Assembly: GCA_038893995.1 (NCBI GenBank)
Contig: JAWAQK010000003.1
Coordinates: 1 to 24,699, forward strand
Source of the DNA: Candidatus Thorarchaeota archaeon
Lineage (GTDB): Archaea; Asgardarchaeota; Thorarchaeia; Thorarchaeales; Thorarchaeaceae
Direction: 5' to 3'
DNA length: 24,699 nt
The notes beneath the pieces were generated by a model. That model worked only from the letters and a program-made list of their open reading frames with translations, ran no database searches and was not told where the DNA came from. Shown piece by piece: positions 10,076 through 19,404 of this stretch; the first letter of the stretch is position 1, and every line of letters starts with the position of its first letter. A program made the position numbers and the translations under genes.

Positions 10076-10171
10076 AAACGGACGTGGCAACGGCGATCTT
10101 GCCATCAGCGCGACGCCGCATGCGCAAGACAACATGTTTTTCTCAACAGATCACCAACACGCCGCCGACAA

Positions 10172-11230
10172 ATGGCACTGGACGATGTCGAGGGATATTA
10201 CTACAATCAGACCATGAGAGAGTACTTCGACACAGTCAGGCTGTATGCTCTGCAGCTGGAGATCAATACTGACTGCGGGCAGTCATGTAGATTCTGTTAT
10301 GTCCGGCGAACGGTGGGACCTGGGAGACGGCTTCCGAGAGAATTCGTCATGTCTGTTCTGGACCAGGCCGCCAATCTTGAAGTCAAGACCATTGAGTGGC
10401 TTGGGGGAGACCCGTTGAGACATCCTGATTTCTGGGACATGCTCTCCTTTTCCCGGTCGCTGGGTCTCACCAACAACATCTGGAGCACTGGCGACCTGCT
10501 CACTGATCCCAGGCTGATAGAATTCCTACTGGATGATGATGCACATGGGATAGTCTCGTTCCATCTTGACACGCTCGATCCGTCGGTGTACAGGCAGCTT
10601 TCGTCGACCTCTCCCGAGTTCGTCAGTCGCGTACTCTCCAATGTGCAAGAACTGATCAGACAGGGAGTCCAACCTGAACGTCTCTACAACTGCATGACAT
10701 TCACCAGGCTCCAGGCAGGCAACGATTTCAGGAACACCGTGAGGACTCTCTCAGAGAACTACGGGGTGATCACCGGTATAGTTCCCTACAAGCATGTGGT
10801 CGATGACCCGTCCCTCGTGCACCTGGTTCCCACTGCAGAGGAGATACGTGATGCCCTGTCGTTCAGAAACACCCTCATATACGGAGGACGACTTCCCATC
10901 ACGCCTCAGTGTGTGAGCAAGTTCTACTGCGGTACCACGTGCTCTCTTACAGTGAACAGGGAACTCACTCCGTGCACCAGGATACGATATGCGGTCAATA
11001 GGGTCTCTGGAGATGACTTTCTCACACCCTTCAGAGAGTCGCGGTCCCTGCTCCTGAAGGAATCCATGCGGAGGTCAGAACATCTCTCAGATCAGTGTCG
11101 GAACTGCAGATACAGTCCGGTGTGTTGGGGATGCCGAGGCAATGCTTGGTACTACGGAGGTGATTTCTTGGGAAGCGATCCCAAGTGCTGGTATTTGTCC
11201 ACGCAACACTCTCCGTCACTGGACACCTAA
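10172..11230 (+). CDS. Radical SAM protein with C-terminal SPASM domain
   Basis: CGQSCRFC (CxxxCxxC) and GGDP motif; SPASM cysteines C...LTPC...CRNCRYSPVCWGCR...DPKC. The likely start is ATG 10172 (352 aa); the ORF-track extension from 10043 abuts the pepF start and looks non-coding. Confidence 0.9.
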   Translation: MALDDVEGYYYNQTMREYFDTVRLYALQLEINTDCGQSCRFCYVRRTVGPGRRLPREFVMSVLDQAANLEVKTIEWLGGDPLRHPDFWDMLSFSRSLGLTNNIWSTGDLLTDPRLIEFLLDDDAHGIVSFHLDTLDPSVYRQLSSTSPEFVSRVLSNVQELIRQGVQPERLYNCMTFTRLQAGNDFRNTVRTLSENYGVITGIVPYKHVVDDPSLVHLVPTAEEIRDALSFRNTLIYGGRLPITPQCVSKFYCGTTCSLTVNRELTPCTRIRYAVNRVSGDDFLTPFRESRSLLLKESMRRSEHLSDQCRNCRYSPVCWGCRGNAWYYGGDFLGSDPKCWYLSTQHSPSLDT

Positions 11231-11768
11231 CATGGACTCCCCGTTTTCGCCCTGACCAGACCCCATCGAGCAAGCTGAGATGAACCTGGTCAGTGAGCCC
11301 GAGTGTCGGAACAGGATAGAACACTTCCGCCGGTGAGGGAACGATGAGAAGCCAGCTCACGCAACACGCTGTGGCACAGGCAGCCGGGTCAGTCTCACGT
11401 CACTTGTAGGGCGCAGTTATCAGAAGCGGCCTGAGAAGAGACCTGAATGTGACGAAGAGGATGTGCGCAGTGGACCCATATGGGCACTCACGTCCCAGAG
11501 TGGAGAGCGACCTACCGTGGAGTGTTCTTCAGTGCACAGGGCAGCTCTAGTATCCCTTCGTCGGTCTATGGGGCCTCACTCCGTTCGTGAAGTCCTGTGC
11601 AGCAGGTAGTGAGGGGGTCAGTATCTGTCATGGATCGTTCTGCCACAGCGAGCAGAGTCGTCAATCCTGCAGATGCTGATGTGCTCTTGAATCCGCAGAG
11701 TGTGACCCTGCCCACCTGACGCACTTGCGTGAGGCGGACAGGGCGCGTCAGATGATACACTCGCTGTG

Positions 11769-14700
11769 CTATTGAGGTCCACGTCTACTGAGGATGACGA
11801 GAGCTGCCACAATGCCCGCCATCCCAGTCCCAAGCAACAGTGCCACTGCCAATGGGTCCCAGACCCAGTCTGTCGGCTGCCCTGATGTGTCCGGACCAGG
11901 CGGGTGCGGGCACACCATGACCATCACCGTACTGGCAGCCCTGTTGCCACCTGTGTCCAACAGCTCGAGGGTGTAGTTGTGGAGCCCCAGCCCAAGCCCA
12001 TCTACAGAGAAAGTCAGGGTTCCTCCATACCACGGTCCAGAGTCGATCATGGTACCATTACGGAATAGTCTGTAGGAGTTCGGATTGACGTCAGTCCCGT
12101 TCCACGTTATTGTGTGGCCTGTGGTCCCTATCTCGTATGCGAACCAGTCCGGAGAGCTGATCCACGGGGAAAAGTCGACCACACAGACCACGACCTCGTC
12201 AGATGCGCTGTTGCCGTACGTGTCATAGACCCATAGCGTGAACACATATGTTCCAATGTCCAGGCCCACTATGTCGACAGAGATACTTCCACCATCCCAC
12301 GAGCCTGAACTGACGACTGAGGAATTTCGATAGACCACGAAGGAATCAGGGGTAGGGTCCGACGGATGCCATACTATTGGTGGCTCGTATGTGTCAAAGT
12401 TGTAGCACCGGTCGTACGGATGGTCAATCGAGGGGGGACTGTCGAATACCGTGACCAGGACCGTGTCTACGTCTGAGCACCCCATTGTGTCATTAACGAA
12501 CAGTGTGTAGTTGAACGTGCCAAGGTTGGATGTGTCGACAATCACATTGATCGCCTTTCCATCCCACGATGAAGACTCCCGTACGATGCCGTTCACGTAG
12601 AGCACGTAGCTGTCAGGATACTTCGAGTATGCAATCCACTGGATGAAAGCATTCGGCTGACCCCTCTGAACCGAGACATCACTGTGATCCACGATATTGG
12701 TGGGTCCGGTCGGGTAGCGATCGACATTGTTTCCCGGGCCGGGTACATAGTAGACAACGCCTGTAGTGTAATCCTTCCACCAGTTTCCTGTTGAGACACC
12801 ATCGTCCCACCGGTTGCTAGACTTGTATCCATATCCATTGCCAAGAGTGTTGTCCCCAAGCTCATTGTCGTAGACGATATTGGAGTCTGCACCCACATGA
12901 AGCTGAATGCCATATTCGTGGTTGTAGAACACGTAGTTGCCCACAATCAGTGCTGAGTCAGAGTCCTGCAAGAATAGACCATCCATCCCATTAGCACTGA
13001 AACTACTATTCAGGATGTGAGCCCAGTTCGAGTAGGTAAGATAGAGCCCATCCTGAGCATTGCAACAGAACTTGCTGTTGGTAATTCTCGCGTAGTTGCA
13101 CGACCTGAGCATCGCCCCATCGAGTGTGTTCTCCTCGAATGTGCAGCCATCCACAACCAGGTCACTCACACCGTAGGCATAGAGCCCGTACTCATTCAGA
13201 CATGCGTAGGTGTTCAGGATATGGATCGTGGACGAACTTGATATATAGACTCCATACTCGCACTGTGCCACAGAGACTCCGACCAGTGTGCAGTTGGAGC
13301 ATGTCGACAGGGATACTCCAAGACCAGCACGTACTCGTGACTCAACCACTTCGCAGTCATTACAGGAGTATAGCCGAATTCCGTAGGATGTGCGACCAGT
13401 GACTGTGTTATTGAATGCCAGGGATGCAATGCAGCTGCGCATGTATATCCCATAGGTGCAGTCCGCCATCGAGTTGTTGACGATGCGTATGTCGTGACTG
13501 AAAGCAGAAGCGATGGCCATCGATGCGCTCTGAAAGATACCGTCCCGGACCGTGATTCCAGAACAGTTTAGCATGAACACTTGCCCATAGTTGGTCCCGT
13601 TGATGGTCAGATTAGTGGCTCCATCCAGATAGGCTATTGGCTTGCCGTTCACGCTCGACCCGGAGAAAGAGTGGACCCAGTATTCTGGCAGGCCGCCCGC
13701 GATCACAATTCCACAGTCAGTCATGGACGTGTCTACGACACCGCAGTTCACGGACGATGCAAGGTAGACGCCCATGAGTCCCCCAGAGAGCGAGCTCTCG
13801 ACCAGGCTGCATCTCTGTGACATGATGAACGTCACGTCTATGTCAGCATCCTCACCCGACATGCCACTCACCGTCAGATCTGAACAGTTGGCTGCCAGTA
13901 TCTGGCCATAATCACCACCATTCACCATGACCCCCGACTGACTGAGGAAGTACCCGAGTGACTTCCCATTGACTGTATTCGACAGTACTGAGTGTGACCA
14001 GTGTGAGAGATCGCTTCCCCCGACGACCAACCCGTCGTGTTCAAACAGGTTGCCTCGGACAGTACAAGTCTCCGAGTAGTACAGGTATATCCCGTAGTCG
14101 CCATTGCGACTGACGTGGTTGTCTTCCAGTGTGCATCTGTCGCCCCTGTTGTTCAGGTAACCGCAGACATTATTGTCGACAAGATGGTTGCCTTTGAGTA
14201 GACAGTCGTCCGACTCGTACGCATCAATCCCGTTCTTTCCGCTGAGAGAGACCGTGTTGTTCACAATAGTGAGACCGTCACAGTTGTACATGTAGACTCC
14301 GTGCTTCGCAGATCTCTGAATGGTGTTGTTCACGATCACAGACGACTTTGCACTGTCCATCCACATGCCCATGTACCTCGAGTCTGCAATCGTGTTGTGA
14401 CTGAAGATAGATGCAGATCCTGTGCCCTGAAGCCGGATGCCGCTGCCGCGACAGTCTAGTAGCCTGTTATGTGAGACATCGCACGAACCGGTCCCGCCCA
14501 CGTAGATCCCATTCCATGCATTGCGAACCGTGCAGTTGGTCACCGAGACATCTGTGCTTGACGACACCCAGATGCCATCACCCTTGTTCTCGACAGTGAC
14601 GTTGACCACCGCCGCATGGGCAACTGACTGGACAATGAGACCTGACCCCGATGGACCTGTCACTGAGCGCAGGATACAGTTCCTGATGACAAAATAGACA

Positions 14701-15011
14701 GTCGTGGAGTAGATCTTGATACAGTCAGTGTCTGAGGCTATCAGCAGTCCCTCGATCCGATAGGGGTCTGTGGGAGTGCCACGCCCCGGCCACCCCTGTG
14801 CAACAAAGCCAGAGTCACCATAGATGGCTATAGGGCTATGCACCTGATATGAGGACACATATGTCACGGGTGCGGTCGTCTCCGCATGACGGTCCTCCGT
14901 AGTGCCATGCTGTACCGTCTGTGTGATCAACATCGGCGAGACCGACGCGATAAGACCACCAGTAACGAGTAGTATCAGCAGAGAAAATACAGAAACACAT
15001 CTTTCCAACAT
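11769..15011 (-). CDS. Large secreted right-handed parallel beta-helix (NosD/CASH-type) protein with three C-terminal Ig-like repeats and a TM anchor
   Basis: Signal peptide; HSPIAIYGD..GWPGRGTPTDPYRIEGL cap; many N-x-x-x-N/GIY PbH1-type repeats; two VNGK..YGQ..NCS inserts; NRWDDG..GNWW cap; three ~87 aa repeats; terminal TM and basic tail. GGGGG SD-like element upstream. Confidence 0.88.
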   Translation of the reverse strand: MLERCVSVFSLLILLVTGGLIASVSPMLITQTVQHGTTEDRHAETTAPVTYVSSYQVHSPIAIYGDSGFVAQGWPGRGTPTDPYRIEGLLIASDTDCIKIYSTTVYFVIRNCILRSVTGPSGSGLIVQSVAHAAVVNVTVENKGDGIWVSSSTDVSVTNCTVRNAWNGIYVGGTGSCDVSHNRLLDCRGSGIRLQGTGSASIFSHNTIADSRYMGMWMDSAKSSVIVNNTIQRSAKHGVYMYNCDGLTIVNNTVSLSGKNGIDAYESDDCLLKGNHLVDNNVCGYLNNRGDRCTLEDNHVSRNGDYGIYLYYSETCTVRGNLFEHDGLVVGGSDLSHWSHSVLSNTVNGKSLGYFLSQSGVMVNGGDYGQILAANCSDLTVSGMSGEDADIDVTFIMSQRCSLVESSLSGGLMGVYLASSVNCGVVDTSMTDCGIVIAGGLPEYWVHSFSGSSVNGKPIAYLDGATNLTINGTNYGQVFMLNCSGITVRDGIFQSASMAIASAFSHDIRIVNNSMADCTYGIYMRSCIASLAFNNTVTGRTSYGIRLYSCNDCEVVESRVRAGLGVSLSTCSNCTLVGVSVAQCEYGVYISSSSTIHILNTYACLNEYGLYAYGVSDLVVDGCTFEENTLDGAMLRSCNYARITNSKFCCNAQDGLYLTYSNWAHILNSSFSANGMDGLFLQDSDSALIVGNYVFYNHEYGIQLHVGADSNIVYDNELGDNTLGNGYGYKSSNRWDDGVSTGNWWKDYTTGVVYYVPGPGNNVDRYPTGPTNIVDHSDVSVQRGQPNAFIQWIAYSKYPDSYVLYVNGIVRESSSWDGKAINVIVDTSNLGTFNYTLFVNDTMGCSDVDTVLVTVFDSPPSIDHPYDRCYNFDTYEPPIVWHPSDPTPDSFVVYRNSSVVSSGSWDGGSISVDIVGLDIGTYVFTLWVYDTYGNSASDEVVVCVVDFSPWISSPDWFAYEIGTTGHTITWNGTDVNPNSYRLFRNGTMIDSGPWYGGTLTFSVDGLGLGLHNYTLELLDTGGNRAASTVMVMVCPHPPGPDTSGQPTDWVWDPLAVALLLGTGMAGIVAALVILSRRGPQ
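11910..12700 (-). repeat. Three tandem ~87-aa Ig-like repeats (protein-level) in the NosD-type protein
   Basis: Recurring pattern I..W...D..PDSY..Y.NG.....G.WDG..I...V..L..G.YNYTL.V.DT.GN...D.V.V.V seen three times in the translation. Boundaries approximate. Confidence 0.8.
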
Positions 15012-15055
15012 GTTTTCCCCCTGTTGTATGCCGTGGGCTTGTTGCTACGCCTGTC

Positions 15056-15070
15056 GATATAAAGATTCCC
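15056..15070 (-). promoter_or_regulatory. BRE/TATA promoter for the NosD-type gene
   Basis: Minus strand reads GGGAATC-TTTATA-TC, about 47 nt upstream of ATG 15011. Confidence 0.55.
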
Positions 15071-15535
15071 TGAACATGTCTACATGACAAATAAGCATTG
15101 GAAGCTCTCATCAGGAACGCAGCGTGACTAGCGCCGTTCAGGCTATGACTCAACGGTACCCAGGACAGTACTGTGCGACGCAGAAATACAACATGACCTG
15201 TCGCGGGAGAGCGGAAAGCCCCGCCCTGGCGTGCGCACCACCTCAGGGGATATCCATGGCAGGTCGTACAGCCATATCGTCAACTCAGGAGATCAGAGGA
15301 CCCATGTCGAGAAGGGCATGAATGATGTCTCGTGAACCCAGAAGACAGGAACATGCTGCACTGGACTCAAGGACACAGAATGATTGCACTACAACTCTTG
15401 ATGTTCGTCTTCGGCTCTTGACACACATGATGGTGACCGGGATCTGAAGCTTCATCACGCTCTCGAGAGTACTACTAGACCACTGCTCGACTGTAAACTC
15501 GGCTCGAATTTGGACGGGGCAATGAACCCTGAAGT

Positions 15536-15578
15536 CGATGAATGGGGAAGGCCGTGTCTGTCGCCTTCCCACACATCG
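15536..15578 (-). terminator. Long imperfect hairpin immediately 3' of the DUF2341-like gene
   Basis: GGGAAGGC (15545-15552) / GCCTTCCC (15563-15570), closed by outer CGATG / CATCG, starting 13 nt after stop 15591. Confidence 0.45.
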
Positions 15579-15590
15579 GTCCACTGCAGT

Positions 15591-18500
15591 TCATGTGCCC
15601 GTGGCCACACGAACTGTAGTGTAGTAGTCATTCGTTTCGGTCTCGGATGGGTACCCAGGGTGACTCCATACGACGTGGTACAGCAGAGTCAGCTCTGCCG
15701 GTCCTCCGTACCACCTACCGAAGTTCCAACCCAGGTGGAGAGCGAGCGCAGCCGCCGTCACTCCTTCTTCCCGGGGGTAAGAGCAGTCCACGTTGCCCCA
15801 CATTCCGGGCGATGAGTGAGGATTTAGGCTGTTTCGATAGTGAGATAGGACCAACTGTCCGAGACCCATCACACAAAACGAAGCAGCAGTACCTAGCAAA
15901 GGATACGGGCATCCAAAGTAGAACGCGGCCAGATCCACGACGACGCCTACGCCAAAGGCGAGAAGAGACACGAGATTGCTGTAATATTGTATGTCAAAGG
16001 CCCCAACGGCGTATCCCCTGTCGTTAGCCTCGACAAAGTACGTGTGACCGTCATATGGCACCAGATCCGCATCTCCTACCGAGACCAGGAAATCGACCGA
16101 AACTTGTTGGATGATCCAGCCGGGTCTTGACTGAACATAGATGAACGACATGATACCTAGGCGGACCATATCCGATGTCATGGCACTCACAACTTTGGTC
16201 ACTGCAACTGCGGATCCCTGGCGGTCAGCGCCAGGTTCAAAGCCGAGGGTCATGGATGGAGCCCCTATCACCGTTCTCTCGCATATGGATAGAGTGCACT
16301 CGTCAATGTATGCACTGAAGTAGTCAAACGGACCATCGATTGCAGGCTTGCCAACGATGAGAACGCTCAATGAGGAAAGATCCATTGGAAGCGGGACAGG
16401 CGAGCAGACTGACACAGAATGCCACCCAGCTGTAGAAGGCGCGATGTAGACCCAACTGCCAGTCAGTCTGTACACATTTTGACTGCCACTTCGGCGGTAG
16501 GTCAGTTCTACTCGGACTTGAGACGGAGTATCCCTGTACGCCACCAGACAGTCGATGCAGACGCTCTTGCCTCTGATGGCATCGTACTTGAAACACTCAC
16601 TCTCCTGGACTGTCTGTGACAGGCACCATTGCTTCAGACCCTGGGAAGCAGCAACCATCCACGCACCTGTGCCCACGCATTTCTCATTTGTCCACTGCCC
16701 CGGACCATCCCAGTACTGCGCACAACTACTTGTGTCGAAGTTCCCATTTCTAACGGGGTTCTGGAAGGGAGCAATGGGATCCACAGGGTTGGCGATCTTG
16801 ATTCCTCTGGAGGCCACCTCAATATTCCAATAGATCACCCGCCACTCAGAATAGTGGTAAGGATCTGAAATCAATTTCACATATGTGTACAGCCTGATTT
16901 CTGCAACCTCTCTGAGGTTGAAACCAGATGCGATAATAGTAGGTGGAGATATGTAGCCATAGGAAGTGACATCCTTACAATATGCATGCACCATCCCGCT
17001 AGCGTCTCTGGAGATGCCAAAAATGCGGTGGATAGAGTCAGTGGGGAATTCGAGGCGGACGGCTTTCTCCAGACCAATCTGTCCGTTTGTCGAATATGCC
17101 CAGACATGGGGTACCTGGGAGGCCAAGTAGCTAGTGTAGGAGATCGATGCCACAGGTGCCCCAGTCGCAGAGTAGAGAGCAAGCCCAAGATCGACGCACG
17201 GAGGACTAAAGCTAGCCCAGGAGGAGAATGAGATTTCAGCCTCTACCTCGAACTCCCTCTCGAGGGAAACATGCTGAATGAAGTTGTAGCCTCTGTAGTC
17301 GTCATCCGCACCAGAACGTTCTTCGGCCATTTCCAGTCTAGAGTCACGCAGGACATAGTCGAAGCCGGGTGAATTCACCGGCTGCACGGTCCAGGACGGG
17401 TGGAGGTTTGGCGTCATGAAGTGGTCTGCAACAAAATCCCACCGACCATGGGCTGGCTCGACATCTACCGCCCGCCGGACGGTGACCATGTCGACGTAGC
17501 ATTCGGCCGGATAGTTCAGACCATATTGGCCCAGAGCAATTCCACCCTGCGTGAACGTCGAGTCCGAAGCGTATAGTCCGAGGATCGGAACGTAGTAGGT
17601 ATTTCCGTGAACCTGAACCGATATCTCAAACCAGACATTCCTCGTGAGCGCAATATCCTTGCTCTGATATTGCTGGAAATGCGGATATCCTTCCCACACA
17701 CCAATGGAGCTCGATTCTGGACCCATGTACAGTAAGTAGCCCTTTGAAAACAAGTCGGATGTGTAGTCCTGCTCCCTCCACCATACGAGAGGTACTTCGC
17801 TGGCGATCAGCATTCGAACGGTGAGGACGTACGGCATCCCTCCGTCTTTCCACTTGGAGGAAACATACAGTCCGTCCGTGTTGCCGCTCAGTCTAAGACA
17901 ACCATCAGACACAGAGATGGTGCCACGCACATGTTTCCACTTGTTAGTGTTTAGGGACGAACCGGAAAAGTCATCAAAGAAGAGGAAGGTGGCGTCACCA
18001 TTGCTGGTGCTCGAGGCCGACATGTGGCCATAGAATATCCCCACCGTGACGTCGCTGTCTAGACTGACATCGATCTTGACCCAGAAGACTGCATAGTCAC
18101 CATAAGAGACCTCTGAGATGTAATGGTTGAATACGTGTGTGCCTCCCGCCAACGTGAAACGCACGTCAGCAAAGTCTGGACGGCAGTGTTCCTCCAGGTA
18201 GACATGCTCTCCGTAATTGACTCCATAGCCATAGTGCACCACGAAGCGCACCTGGTACCCTGTCCCTATGCCAGGTACGCCCTTGATCAAGTGTGAGATG
18301 GAATAGATCCAGGGGGTACTGGGTGTCACATAGTGGTTGGTTGTCGTCGTGACCTGTGCGTCTGGGTTCATGCTCAGGTCGCCATAGACCTCGACTGCCA
18401 TGAAGCGGATGTACAGTTGAGTCCCTGGCATCAGATCGTTGAACACATGCTGGTACTTGCCTCCAATGTAGCTCATCGGATACCACACGGAACTGCCGTA

Positions 18501-19025
18501 GATCTGGTAGTATACCTCACGTGAGACGTAGGGATCGCAGTGCCATGTGACGCTGAGTGATATCTTGAGTGAAAACGGGTCGGGAAACCCGTAGGACGGT
18601 TGACTGATCGTCGGAGGTGCAGGTGGAGGCGGTGGAGGCGGCGTATAGACGGTCATATAGATAGTTCCTGCATTGGTAGTCTCGTCGAGTATGTAGACCG
18701 TCTTCTGTGAGTCCACGTACCCGGACTTCGACACCTTCAGCACCACGTAATCAGGTCCTACGGTGAATGTCCTGGAGAATGTGAAGTAACCAGTAGTTGA
18801 CGTCGTTGTCGATCCAAGGAATGTCGAGTACTCGCCGTAGACACTCACAGTGGCCCCGGAGATGGGCAAGTTGGTCCCACTCTCCTTGACATAGCCATAG
18901 ACGGTGTAGGTAGTCCCCGGCGGTGCAACTGCATCAACAGTGGCCGCTAACTGTACCAGAAAGACTAGGAGAACAGCAACTAGAGTGTATTCTTTCCTGA
19001 ATTTCACATGAACATCTCCCAACAC
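15591..19025 (-). CDS. Large secreted multidomain protein: carboxypeptidase-regulatory-like domain, poly-Pro linker, DUF2341-like domain, lectin/CBM-like domains, C-terminal domain with a hydrophobic hairpin
   Basis: Signal peptide; VYGYVKESGTNLPISGATV...TGYF...VSKSGY (carboxypeptidase-regulatory-like); TPPPPPPPAPP; CRPDFADVRFT...AVFWVKI...IFYG...NGDATFLFFDDF (DUF2341 pattern); VRNGNFD...YIDECTL (CBM-like). The start may be GTG 19007, which follows GGAGA. Confidence 0.8.
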   Translation of the reverse strand: MLGDVHVKFRKEYTLVAVLLVFLVQLAATVDAVAPPGTTYTVYGYVKESGTNLPISGATVSVYGEYSTFLGSTTTSTTGYFTFSRTFTVGPDYVVLKVSKSGYVDSQKTVYILDETTNAGTIYMTVYTPPPPPPPAPPTISQPSYGFPDPFSLKISLSVTWHCDPYVSREVYYQIYGSSVWYPMSYIGGKYQHVFNDLMPGTQLYIRFMAVEVYGDLSMNPDAQVTTTTNHYVTPSTPWIYSISHLIKGVPGIGTGYQVRFVVHYGYGVNYGEHVYLEEHCRPDFADVRFTLAGGTHVFNHYISEVSYGDYAVFWVKIDVSLDSDVTVGIFYGHMSASSTSNGDATFLFFDDFSGSSLNTNKWKHVRGTISVSDGCLRLSGNTDGLYVSSKWKDGGMPYVLTVRMLIASEVPLVWWREQDYTSDLFSKGYLLYMGPESSSIGVWEGYPHFQQYQSKDIALTRNVWFEISVQVHGNTYYVPILGLYASDSTFTQGGIALGQYGLNYPAECYVDMVTVRRAVDVEPAHGRWDFVADHFMTPNLHPSWTVQPVNSPGFDYVLRDSRLEMAEERSGADDDYRGYNFIQHVSLEREFEVEAEISFSSWASFSPPCVDLGLALYSATGAPVASISYTSYLASQVPHVWAYSTNGQIGLEKAVRLEFPTDSIHRIFGISRDASGMVHAYCKDVTSYGYISPPTIIASGFNLREVAEIRLYTYVKLISDPYHYSEWRVIYWNIEVASRGIKIANPVDPIAPFQNPVRNGNFDTSSCAQYWDGPGQWTNEKCVGTGAWMVAASQGLKQWCLSQTVQESECFKYDAIRGKSVCIDCLVAYRDTPSQVRVELTYRRSGSQNVYRLTGSWVYIAPSTAGWHSVSVCSPVPLPMDLSSLSVLIVGKPAIDGPFDYFSAYIDECTLSICERTVIGAPSMTLGFEPGADRQGSAVAVTKVVSAMTSDMVRLGIMSFIYVQSRPGWIIQQVSVDFLVSVGDADLVPYDGHTYFVEANDRGYAVGAFDIQYYSNLVSLLAFGVGVVVDLAAFYFGCPYPLLGTAASFCVMGLGQLVLSHYRNSLNPHSSPGMWGNVDCSYPREEGVTAAALALHLGWNFGRWYGGPAELTLLYHVVWSHPGYPSETETNDYYTTVRVATGT

Positions 19026-19404
19026 GATGTTGCAGGTATGCCCCGCGAGTTTCCGTGTGCTTGCGAAACCTTATCAAGGTTTGCTCTGGCCCGTCCCGGT
19101 ACGGGCACGATGAGTGGCTGAGAGGCATCGTGTGGCGCACGTACAGCGGTCAGGGCGCCCTCGACCGGGGGTGGCCGTCGTTCTGTTTCCGCAAGCCAGT
19201 TGACGCTTCACACGGGCACCGGCCGGATGACTAGGATGTACGGAATCATGAGTCAGGGATAGCCCAGCGAATACTACTGGACCCCCGGACAGGCTAGACA
19301 CCCCGTCGACGACATAGGAAAGTTCAAGACTAGACGGAAAACCCAACTCATGGAATTGACTGAGATGGGCCATTCTGACACGTGACGACTCCGAGGGACT
19401 ACAA

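Noticed and set aside
10043-10171. 43-aa N-terminal extension of the radical SAM ORF
   Set aside because: It starts 1 nt from the divergent pepF start and covers the promoter region; ATG 10172 is more plausible.
15203-15230. GCGGGAGAGCGGAAAGCCCCGCCC resembling an IS200/IS605 end hairpin
   Set aside because: The second arm of the typical end is missing and there is no tnpA/tnpB remnant nearby.
15012-15590. Small ORFs in the 580-nt gap between the two large surface-protein genes
   Set aside because: No motifs, clear ribosome-binding sites or protein-like composition to support them.
19315-19345. AGGAAAGTTC resembling the RNase P RNA conserved region
   Set aside because: The other conserved RNase P elements are missing and there is too little room before iaaA.
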